DNA of 64,000 nucleotides from Hydrolagus affinis (lineage: Eukaryota), in assembly GCA_012026655.1 (NCBI GenBank), contig JAAILG010000114.1, forward strand, positions 1 through 64,000. Direction: 5' to 3'. A program made the position numbers and the translations under genes. Position 1 is the stretch's first letter, and every line of letters starts with the position of its first letter. Positions 23,201 through 33,800 of this stretch are shown one piece after another. The notes below the pieces were generated by a model that worked only from the letters and a program-made list of their open reading frames with translations, was not told where the DNA came from and made no database searches.

Positions 23201-25621
23201 ACGAAAGTATTTTTTGTTCTGGATTTGTTTTGCCGTGTCTCAAATTTTTTTTGTGGAGAATTTGGAAGCTTAGTTTGGAGAAACTATCAATGGAGGTTCA
23301 AGGGTCTGACTGACCTTAAACCTGACTGGATCAAAACCATCAGGTTTGTACAAATGAAAAGCAAACACAAATGCTAAAAATGTGTAATGAAACCAGAAAT
23401 TCTGGTTCTGCACAGCAGGCCATACAGCATAAAATAATAATAATAATAATCTTTGTATTTGATGTAGTATCACATTGTTGAGATGTTTCAAATAAATAGA
23501 AAGTTAGGTTAGTGTTGGGCACAAGTCCAAAAAAGATACAGTCAATTCACTTTAAAGTATATCCTGTGAAGAGCTTTGAGACTTCTCAAAGACGTGATAA
23601 GGCACTATATCAAATGCAGTAATTATTATTATGGAGCCTTGAATTCAAATCTGCTTTGTTTGTAGAGCAAATACAACTTTGGAGGGTTTCTTACAACAAC
23701 AAAATTACAATTGTGTAGCGCCTTTCATGTTGGGAGATCATTACAAGGCGCTAGACAGTCATTGTTTCAGACAAGTTCAGACTTAATTCAGATCTTAGGA
23801 GGTTATGGTCAATTGTGTGCTCCATCTAGTGGAATGTATTGAAAGTGCACTTTGAAAGCTAATTCAGTTGAATGCTATGTTATTCTATCTGAACTTATTA
23901 AAAATTAATCATGTTTTATATTTAATTGTTTTGTGAGTTTATTAAACCTTCCATAAGGCGTTGGTGTGGATCTACATACTAGTTCTTTTTTTCTCACTTT
24001 TTAATCTTTAGATGAAGTCTCAAAGCAAACAACGTTTCAAGAGTTAACCTACCTCTAATACCAAAAACAACCTTTATGTAAAAAAAAGTGGTTAAAATCA
24101 ACATTTCTTCCATGTTTTCCACTTCATAGGATCAGCTGTATCTACTGGTGACAGATCAGGGCTTCCTAACAGAAGAGAAGGTGGTTTGGGAGAGTTTACA
24201 TAATGTGGATGGAGATGGCAATTTCTGTGACTCTGAATTTCACTTGAGACCTCCTTCTGACCCAGAGGCTGGGTACAAGGGGCAGCAGGATCAAATAGAT
24301 CAGGTACTCCATAAAGAAAACAAAAGTCTTAAATTCCGCCCAATATTTTTGTAGGGTCTACATTCAACCATCAGAGAAATGGAGATAAATTTTGAATCTC
24401 CCACACACCAGACTCCTGTCATCAATGTTGTACTTATCATGCATTGTTCAACACCAGTTGCTTCTTCACGTATTGCCAATTTATCAAATTCAGAAAAGTT
24501 ATCTATCGGCAATCAATTTTGGTTTCTTACAAGTGGTAAGATTTAGTTTAATTACTTTATCACAGATTTCATCTTGTGGTTCTAAAACATTTCAGTGATT
24601 TTAAAATAGGACCAGATGTTTTTGTAATTGCAACTTCAGTAGACAAAATGTTGCTGAACGCATGCATACAGCTCCTTGGGACGTCCTCCCAACGTGAAAG
24701 GCGCTATACATATGTAATTTGATGTCGGCAGTTAGACTTTAGGCATCTATATTACCTGGGACTTTGATCAACTGCATAAATACGCCTCCACACTGTTCAG
24801 TTCACATTGGTGCAGGCTCACCACATCAAACATTACACTAAATTGTTCAGGGGTTTTCTTATGATGTTTATTTTTCAGGACTATCTAATGGCATTATCCT
24901 TGCAGCAAGAGCAGCAGAGCCAGGACTTGTCCTGGGAGCAGATCCCTGAAGGAATCAGTGATCTTGAGCTGGCAAAGAAACTGCAGGAAGAGGAGGACAG
25001 ACGAGCTTCTCAGTTCTATCAGGAACAAGAACAGGCAGCTTCAGCTCAAAGCCAGGTAAATGTTAAGTGGGACTAGTTTTACTGCCCAAATTAGCCTATT
25101 TTAGTCTTTGGTAAGCTTTTACCCACAACAGTGAAATGCAGGGGGCAGATCGTTTTTTTCCTAAATCATATCTTTCACTACAGATTTCATTGCACTAGTT
25201 TCCCCCTTTTCCAAACAACGCCTTGCACTGTTGTGCTTCCTCCTGGAATGACGTGCCAAGTTCTGCGTTTCTCATGTTCACCATCCATGCCTTTTTGATC
25301 AGCTGATTGGGCAAAGCTCTGCCCAACATATGATCTCCGAGAATAAGCCAAAAACATAGCCACTTGGTGACAAACCTGCTATTTGAGTTTGGATTTGAAC
25401 TCACACCTCACGCCCAAGTTTCATGTGTTTAAAATGGACAGATTTAAGCACCAGTGATTGCCTGCGTAATAGATTTTCATTTCCATTTTCTTAAATTGCA
25501 GCAAGGGCAGCCATCGCAGGCAGCGGCAGCCGCCGCCACTGGGAGACAGCCTGGGAGCAGCGAACGCAAACAGCGGAAAGAACCGCGAGAGAAGGAAAAG
25601 GACAAGTGTATTCTCTTGTGA
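4573..25621 (+). CDS. MINDY2: MINDY lysine-48 deubiquitinase 2 (FAM63B), spliced gene span, 9 coding exons, about 574 aa
   Basis: Joined exons give the MINDY catalytic domain (TQNENGPCPLLAIMN; FFRNNHF; LLVTDQGF), tandem MIU motifs and a C-terminal CaaX; all introns GT-AG with consistent phases; total 1725 nt. Confidence 0.95.
5470..5527 (+). CDS. MINDY2: MINDY2 exon 2
   Basis: ttttag|IKLPPMMEIITAEQLMEYL-G|gtaaga, 58 nt. Confidence 0.95.
9172..9236 (+). CDS. MINDY2: MINDY2 exon 3
   Basis: ctgtag|(G)DYILDAKPKEITDAQRLNYEQ|gtactg, 65 nt. Confidence 0.95.
12898..12997. other. Assembly gap (100 N)
   Basis: Run of N; flanked on the right by a SINE body fragment (12998-13090). Confidence 0.99.
14411..14569 (+). 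CDS. MINDY2: MINDY2 exon 4
   Basis: ttacag|NMSDAMAILHKLQTGLDVNVKFTGVRVFEYTPECIVFDLLDIALYHGWLVDPQ|gtaagg. Confidence 0.96.
15841..15988 (+). repeat. Exact 66-bp direct duplication with 16-bp spacer
   Basis: 15841-15906 is identical to 15923-15988. Confidence 0.9.
16755..16857 (+). CDS. MINDY2: MINDY2 exon 5
   Basis: ctgtag|NADIAKAVGMCSYNQLVEKIISCKQSENSELVSE|gtaagg, 103 nt. Confidence 0.95.
18447..18589 (+). CDS. MINDY2: MINDY2 exon 6 (catalytic His)
   Basis: tattag|(A)FVAEQFLNSTATQLTYHGLCELMSGVQEGELCVFFRNNHFCTMTKHK|gtaccc. Confidence 0.95.
19297..19534 (+). mobile_element. tRNA-derived SINE (body and tail)
   Basis: GGGTGAAACCATGGGCAAGTTTCCTTACT...GTGAAAAACGCTATATCAAATG..GATTATTATTAT. Confidence 0.8.
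20193..20637 (-). mobile_element. L2-clade LINE 3' fragment (ORF2 C-terminus + 3' UTR)
   Basis: Minus strand translates ILVLTFKAIHGLAPAYLSDLLSPYQPVHTLRSADSGLLHV...IGGQTFS...WNSIP..LR..SSLSPFKASLKTFLY, typical of an L2 ORF2 end, followed by a (TTG)n tail. Confidence 0.85.
20671..20973 (-). mobile_element. Near full-length tRNA-derived SINE
   Basis: Head GGAGTCCTGTAGCTCAATGGTTAGAGCA, tail TATATCAAATGCAAGGATTATTATT on the minus strand. Confidence 0.85.
24130..24303 (+). CDS. MINDY2: MINDY2 exon 7
   Basis: tcatag|DQLYLLVTDQGFLTEEKVVWESLHNVDGDGNFCDSEFHLRPPSDPEAGYKGQQDQIDQ|gtactc. Confidence 0.96.
24879..25055 (+). CDS. MINDY2: MINDY2 exon 8 (tandem MIU ubiquitin-binding motifs)
   Basis: tttcag|DYLMALSLQQEQ...SDLELAKKLQEEEDRRASQFYQEQEQAASAQSQ|gtaaat. 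Confidence 0.95.
25502..25621 (+). CDS. MINDY2: MINDY2 exon 9 coding part, ends in CaaX
   Basis: ttgcag|QGQPSQAAAAAATGRQPGSSERKQRKEPREKEKDKCILL-TGA. Confidence 0.92.
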   Translation, partial: QGQPSQAAAAAATGRQPGSSERKQRKEPREKEKDKCILL

Positions 25622-28600
25622 CGGGGGGTGGATTTTTGCCAGGAACTAAGTGCGTAACCCCTAAAAAGAACCTGGTGACATGCCGTCTGTGCCTGATCCC
25701 TAATTGTTCATATTTTGAGAAGAGAAAGGATGGCTTCTTTGATACAGTCGGCCAAACTTTGTTGTATGTTGCACAATGCACTATATTCATGATGGAGTTT
25801 CTACGGTATTGCTTGATGTGGTTACATTTCAAAGACATAATCATTTTTTGCTTAATACAAAAAAAGCATTTTGTCATGTAACAGTAAAATCACAGTGCCT
25901 CTTTTCTTCATTATTTGGCATTAATGTCGTCAGTTAATAAGCTATTTTAACTAATGCTGCCTCAGTTTTATTACAGGACATGTCGGGCAGTTTGTGGTTT
26001 ATTTTTCCCCCTTTTGCTTACAATAAATGGCAGTAGCTAGAGTATGCTCTTGAGCTTTCATTAACTTATAATTGTACATGATCTAGATATCGAAACACAT
26101 TTTTTTTTAAAAAAAAGATGTTTAGCAATTGTTTCTAAAGAGGTTAAAGATGTGCTGACAGAAAATTTTGTGAGATTCAAGTGTAGAGGTAGAAAATCTT
26201 GTCTAGAAATTAACAAAAAAGAAAAATTCCCTCTCCCTTGAGTTGGTTTTGCTGTAGAAGCCATAATAAGCTTCTTATGAATAAGGAAAAAGTAATGGTG
26301 TTACTCTTGCTTCCATTTTCGTTTTAATTGGAGGAATGTTCCAAGCTTTGCATGGCTCTGAAATTATTCGTGCAAAATTCACTTTTGGGGAAACGGGTGA
26401 AATGGTGATTTGAAGTTTAAGATGGTCATTACAACAAGAATCATAGACAAAGCAAAACTTGTTTTTGACCAAATATTTTTTTTGAGCAACTTACATTTGT
26501 ATCAAGATTTACAAACCAGTGATAAACTGCAGAAGGCACAAACTGGTGTCTGCCAAAATGTTGCCATCTTTGTCCATTTGTCTATTTTTGTTAATCAAGC
26601 AAGTGCAACCTTAAATGCAGCACTATTTATGATGACATTGAGATTCCTCCAGCTTTTTTCAGTCCTGAATGATGTGCATAATTTATTGGGTTGCTATAGT
26701 CCAGCTGCTTTATGTTGTGCCTTGAAATTTATTTGGTCAAATACTGGTTGATTCCAGAGGGGAAAAAAAAACTGCTTGCCTGAATGGGACCAATATTTCA
26801 AAATAGAGGGCATTTTAAATGCAGTGATTCATAGAAGCATAATTACTTTGCTGATGTTAAACCTGGTATGTTATACGCTTCCTATTGATTCACTAATATA
26901 ATGCCCAACAATATTACCTGGGAAACTACTGCCTGGAACATGTCAACAAACACTACCTGTTGTCAGACACAAATTATTTGAAGTTCATATTTATATTGAT
27001 ATCAATCTACTCACGATTCTATTAATGTATCCCTTTTGTGCTTTGTAATGAACTGACCAGTTAATTTATTTGAATAGCTCTAATATGGTTTCGTTCGGGT
27101 CATCTTCAGTTAGCTGCTAAGAATAGTTGTATAATTGTAACAGGAGGAAAACCTACAACCCTTTGGGAGCTGAAAAGCAGACATAAAAAAGGCTACGTCT
27201 TTGTACTGATACATGTATATTATCGACATCCCAGACAATTGATTAACACACTTCCACGTCTGTAGTTCTTGGGTTTGTTGAAAGATTGTGTTATATCTCT
27301 AGATTTTCTTTTTTGGGTCATTTTTCCCCAATGAAGGTTCAGTGGAAGAAAGTGTTTTGGGGGGAAAAAAGATTTGTATACTGAAACCATCTGTATATTT
27401 TAGATCGGCTGACATTTTTAGTGCATGATCATTCTAGGAAATTACATACGTACACAATGCTATGCATAGATCCAAATGAAATTCATACCTGCCTCATTAG
27501 AATGTGACTGATATTAAAAGCATTAGGATTTGAAATCCATATAAATCTTATTTTCCCCATTCAGTCCTTGTATTGCTTTTGTCATTTCGATGCAATTTTT
27601 CAAGAGCAAATGAGAAGAATCCCCACCTGTGCTTTTAAACCAAGAAGGTACTCAAATGTTTATTACCTATAACTGTTAGCCTTGTATTACTGATCAGCTC
27701 TAAAAAATGGTACATGCAGTTCCTGGTCTAACAGACTAACGTGCATTTGGTTTTTTTATTTTCAATGTGTAATAAATAGAAGGATTGCTGAAAACAATGT
27801 TAAGTCACCTTAAGGACCGAAACGTGCTTTAAATGTCACTTGTTTTGCATGCTTATTTTGTTAACAGAAGAAGGGTAAAATCGGTTAATTTCATTCTAGA
27901 AAACCTAATTTTGCAAAATACCAGATTTGAATGCTTTGTGTAGATACTCAGTGCATGAAAGCTAAATGTTGAACTAAACATTTCATCACTAAGGTAAGGT
28001 GATTTGTTGTTTCAAGTATTACAATAGAATATATGCTGGATGTTTTAGTACATCAACGTCAAGCTTATTACCTTGAAAATGTAATCTTTTGTGAGATTGA
28101 AGGGTATTAGGTTTATGATCATTTTTCAGCCACACCATAGGACATTGTCTAATTAGCACCAGTGCATGTTTGTATTTCACCACATACTGATAATGGGAAA
28201 AGGAAACGTTGAACAGAACCTACTTGCAATGGTTTTTGTTGCACCTATCAGTTTGCTGCAGTCTTTATTTTATGAGACTGATTTACCAAAATACTAAATA
28301 TAATTTTTTATATATATATTGTGGGGGGGGGGGGATACTATGTTTTAAAATTGTTTGTGTGACCTATTTTAAATGTCTTGTGAACAGCCACTACACCACT
28401 TGCTTTTGTATCCTGATAATGTTACAAGTCCTGTAGTTTTGGAAGCTCTGCCTTTTGGTAGATTTTGGTTACAAAATATTCAGGTCCTTTCTATAACTTA
28501 TCCATAGGTGTTTGTAGCACACAATTACCTTAATGTGTGTATTAAACAGGTTCTGACAATCTCCTATTCTGCTTTTGTAGGTGGTACATTACATTAATAG

Positions 28601-30128
28601 GTCTTGGTCATTTGGCACTATATTAAAAAAAAGTAAACAAGATTTTGTATGGAACAATCTTTTCTTCAGTTTATATGCTTCATATTAAATGACTGAAGCT
28701 TGGCAAATAGCTACCAGAGTATGCATCTTAAATTATTCATTTATGCAGTTTGAGACATAGAAGGAGACAGTAGCATATTGTGCCATAAGATTTTCTTAAG
28801 GTTCTATGCTTGCAAATAAGCCTAGAGTGGTAGAATTAATGCTGTGTATGTATTGTTTGTTTGAGATGTATTATTATTTTTTAAAGGGGGAATGTAAGGG
28901 AGGTTTTGCTAACAGTTCTAGATTTCAATGCCCAAATTAAAGGGGGGTTTGGGGGAGGGGGTGCAAAATCATACGTTAATTTATTGACGTAAGCATCAAT
29001 AAAGACTTGATAAATGGTTAACTACAGAAAGTGTTTAAGATCTTTTGAGGGAATACATCTGGGTAAAACATAAAATGTATATGCAAATGATGGTACAAAT
29101 TAAATTAAGATATGGACAGTGTTGGGGACTAGGGTCAAACTGTTATGTAACTTCCACATAGTGAATAACTGATGGGTAAGCATGTTCCCTAATATGCCTC
29201 AACAACTTTTTGGTGAGTATTTGGAATAGAACAAGCACAAAGTACTGAATACCAGATAGTGCAAGGAATTTTAGGATTGGTATACTGTGACCAAATCAGC
29301 TTTGCCAGCTGAACTGTACACCCATTAGTGCCTAGATAACAATCAAGCGTACAAGCAAGTCATTACTGGAATAGTGCTACATTGGAGCATTACAACTTTG
29401 GGTGATTGTCCTTAATTTATTTGGCACCACTCAGTGCTAAAACTTCTGCAATGGCAGAAGTATGGTTAAATTGATAGGCAGCAAACTAAAATAAAATGGA
29501 TTTCTTGCAGTTGTTTTTGTCTGAAATTATTTCATAGCAGATGAGAGGCAGGATTAGACTTCTGCCATTTATTTCTGCACTGGTAAATGAAAGGTGCCCA
29601 GGTATTCATATTACATGAAGATCTATTTACTTATGGAATTTCAACATACTCAAAATAGGTATGAATCTGAAGCTTGGGTTTGTGGATGCACTTAGCTGTT
29701 TTGAGTAGAGGACCTATCAGGTCCAGAATAGAAATTTAAGATGCTAACTACTGCATAGGGACTTTTTTTTATATAAGATTTCAATCCAACATAACCTTAT
29801 ATAGGTAAGAATCATCTATAACATTTGTCAATATGCATTACAATCCCAACAGAGAATGAGTGGAAAAAACATGCCCATCAGATTCACAAGAACACTGAGA
29901 CAATCTGGAATTTTAAAGACCAAGAGAGTGGGGGGGGAAAAAAGTCACATTTAGAGGAACCTGAACATATCAAGATTTATTCTAAAATCTAAGAATACAT
30001 TGACCCAGCATCAGTAATACATTTATACATGTGAATGTGTAAAGACTGAATACACCTCACAATCTTTCTATCAAAAAATATGCTATTAACTTGCTGGTAA
30101 ATGTAGAAAATTCATTTTTATCAATAAA
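25622..30128 (+). other. MINDY2: Probable long MINDY2 3' UTR with several candidate poly(A) signals
   Basis: AT-rich, SINE-free stretch; AATAAA at 26022, 27771, 28998 and 30123; the true end cannot be determined from sequence. Confidence 0.5.
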
Positions 30129-30229
30129 TACAAGCACAATTTAGCAAAAGTGGAAGCCTTGTGAACTATAATACTTATAATGAACATCTGAAACTACATT
30201 AACTATTATAGAAAGGATTGGTCATATGA

Positions 30230-30365
30230 CAGGGTGGTCCAATCTTTAGCCGCTGAGGGCTGGGAGCCCTATTTGAGAAATGAGCAGGGCCGCGTAAGCA
30301 ATATTTTCACGTTTCCCTTCCAGAAAAAACATTCAGGGGTGAAGTCGGCCCATGGGACCACCCTG
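30230..30365. mobile_element. hAT-type MITE (136 bp)
   Basis: Perfect 11-bp terminal inverted repeats CAGGGTGGTCC / GGACCACCCTG; target-site duplication not clearly preserved. Confidence 0.65.
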
Positions 30366-30487
30366 ATTATAGGGCATTTCTGTAATTCACAGCTGTAAAA
30401 TACCTATAATCTCGTCTTGGATCAGTTTTTCTCCTGAATGACATTTATACAAAATTAAAATAGAAAACAGAACTAGTTTAATTTTAC

Positions 30488-30493
30488 TTTATT
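30488..30493 (-). terminator. Candidate SLTM poly(A) signal (AATAAA on minus strand)
   Basis: TTTATT on + strand, about 180 nt beyond the SLTM stop codon. Confidence 0.55.
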
Positions 30494-30669
30494 TTCAATA
30501 TCTGCAGTGCTAAGAAACATTGAAAACCCAAATCGTAAGAGTCACAGAACATTTGCTAAAAATACAACAGACCAAATAACATCTGTATAACAAAAACTCA
30601 TTTAAAAAAAAAAGTTGTACAGACGAATTTCAAACTAACAAAGGTGGCCAACTCCTACAAAGCCCATCA

Positions 30670-30808
30670 TCAGAATCTTCGTGGTGCTCCCCCTTTGAAT
30701 GGTTTAAAACGAACATCGCCTGATCCATGCATTCCTTTGGAGCCTGACACACTGCCTCCTTGCATTGAGTTGTTGGTGATCTGTACAATTCTGTTTGTTA
30801 CAGAAGGA
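30670..30808 (-). CDS. SLTM: SLTM exon 20 (last coding)
   Basis: ctgtag|[18 protein letters not shown]...[15 protein letters not shown]. Confidence 0.92.
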
Positions 30809-33800
30809 CTACAGTGGGCAATGGAAAAAAATAGTAAGATACCAATAAATAATTCTATTCATGGTTGAAATTAAAGTTGCACCCAAGTCTTACAGAAAAT
30901 AGCAGTATACAATGAAGGGAATTCACCATAAGTAAACCAATCATGATCATAATTTGTCCCAATGCCAAATAATGTAACAAATTAGATAAAATCAATCCAT
31001 GTGGTGTGAAAGAATGGGTTACATATAATCCCACTTCCTTTGGTAAATGTTAAGTGGACAAAATACAGTAGCAAAAGATAAATGGAACTACATGGCATAT
31101 TGGGACACTATACTGTGTCATCCACCTTGGACAAACATTTGCTTTTCCTAATCTAAAATAGCACAAATGTGTTAGCAAATCACTGGGGTATAAATCAGTA
31201 TGTTGATCCAAGCTGCTCCCCAGTTCCAACTGACAAGATCTAGCACATGCAGAAAACGTGAAAAGCGCTATATCAAATGCAAGTATTATTATGTAAGATT
31301 TGCTCCATTGAGGTTTTTAGAAGATCAAATCCACATGATCTGCTTCAGTGATATGTCCAGTGCTGATGCCAAAGATCATACACATGGCAACAAAACGATC
31401 AATGGGAAAACAATCAAGCGATTGCCCTTGGAGAATTAATAAAGCTGGGCCTATCTCTCGTAAATTATAGCATCCTTCTGAAATTTCACGGTTTGATCTC
31501 AAAGGCACCAATACTTCCTGAAATAGACTTCCTGAAACTTCCAGAGTAAAGTAAGTTTAACACATCACGATTAAAAAAAAATCTGGCATAGGAATGCACT
31601 TAATGTAAGGAATCAAAGATTCTACTGAATGGGCAGATATATAGGAACCGCATTTCACCTACCCGCCCCAACTGATTAGCTTAGGTGTGTGTGAAGAACA
31701 AGCCAATACAAATATCGCCCCATCATTTAACCATTGTGAGGAAAGAGGTGAGTTATCACTGATTTGAACTTGACACCAATATAAACAAAGCTTATTGAAA
31801 AATGCACACCAAAAAAACTAAACCACTCAATATTCAGCATGATATAGGTTGAGTTGTTTTAATGCACTGCAAGTGAATTTTTCACACGTAGCAAAGAGAA
31901 ATCACAGAAACTTGGAAGTGATTTTGGCAACAGATACATTTATTAGTATCCTAACATTTCACTACATGGTTAATCAAATTTTGACTTTGCATGGTCATGT
32001 TGAATTTACATCATTTAATTAATTAACTATTGTTGGTATCACTGTTGGAGTAACAAAATGACCAAAAAACATTGAGAAGCAACCCAGTACACTCAAATAT
32101 GGTTCCAAAAGGCGCTCTTCTATGTTTATATAAAAAAAGTCCATCAAAAAGGTAGAGCCAACAGTCTTCTGTACTATTTACATTACAATTAATTCATGAA
32201 AGGTCATCAACAGCAACTGACAGAATTACTTTAGTACCTGGATGGCGGCATCATGCCAGGGCCACGATTGTCGCTCATTCGCCTCATGTCCTGATATCCA
32301 CTGCCTTGAGAACTAGGTCCAGAATGCCAACTGTTCCGTGGCGCTCCTGATTCACGCCCATGACGCTCTACTACTGGGTGCCTGCTATCATGATAGTGGG
32401 ATTGCTGGGAAAGAGGAGTTTGTGAATAATTAACCCTGGTACACACACCTCATTTGGAAATCAACAGATCAACTTCTGAAACTGATTTACAACTTAGTAG
32501 TAGTAATGCACTATATAATGACCAACTGAGCACACAAATAATTTATTTCATGCATTTCTCTTTTGTCGTGACACATAACCGTCTAAAATAATTATTCATA
32601 CAGGGTGATGATGTACAGCGCATGATCACTTAGTATTACATTAGTGCTTAAGAAAGATTCAAAATTATGTTGATGATTAACAAACTAGTGCAAAGTACCA
32701 CTAATGCTAAGGAACCGATCAAAGCTTCTCACTGATTTAAGCCCCTTGGGACATCCTGACGTGAAAGGCGCTACACAAGTGTAATTTTGTTGTTAACATT
32801 TACTGAACCGTACCCACCTGATTATTACTACCCCTCTCCATTACAGGCCGGCCTCCATCTCGGCTACTGTACCCAGACATGCTGCTGTGACCACTAGGTG
32901 GCCCACTTCTTATACTGTGTCCTGATCTCTCCGGTCGCATCCGATCTCGATCCCTCGAATTCCTGAAGTTAAAAAAGTTAACATTCAGAAACATTTCTTC
33001 ACTAAAAGCAGGGCAAAATAGTAATTAACCATCTTCAAATCCATTTTCCATGCTGCACATTATTTACAACTAAGGTCAATTAGATGACTTAAAAACAACC
33101 AAAAGAGGAATAATAAAGAGCAGAAAACAGCAGCCCACCCACTACATCTCAGCTTCCATTATTGTATAACAATGTTGGGACTTTGAGAAATGAAACTTCT
33201 AGGTGACTGTACGATGTGAAGGCATCAAATAGGCCATTGCATTCTGCGGTATCAACTAGGCATCATATTTCCCTCCCAAAAATCCGGCAATTGCTAGTGT
33301 TATAAAATAAAACTTAAAAACATCCAGCAACAAAATTGAACAACCAGAAAAGAATCACTTGAGGGAATTTGCCTACATTCAATTATATTCACATTAAATA
33401 TGGAGTTGCGTATAGGTTGTGTATTTAGCTGAGAACCTGCACGGGTTTCGAGATTGGAATGATCAGGTTACCTAATCTCAAAAATGCTAATCCCAAAGAA
33501 TCACAAATTCCTGTGATCAAAAAGATGTTAATTTGTGATGATTAAAATTAACCCTCCCACCCTCACCCCCACAGCAACAAATCCAACACTTGAATTCACA
33601 GATCACAAGGATTTTATTGGAACAAGTTCCACAATACCTTATTTCACGTTTGGAAGAACCCATACCACTCGGCTTCCATTCATTTGGTCTGGAAGAATTG
33701 TGACTTGGCCGGCCGTGCTGGACTCCATGGTCACTCATCCGGCCCCGGTCAGGAAAGCTCCTTGATGGGGAAATCTTCGGGAGGTGGTCATGGCCCCTGC

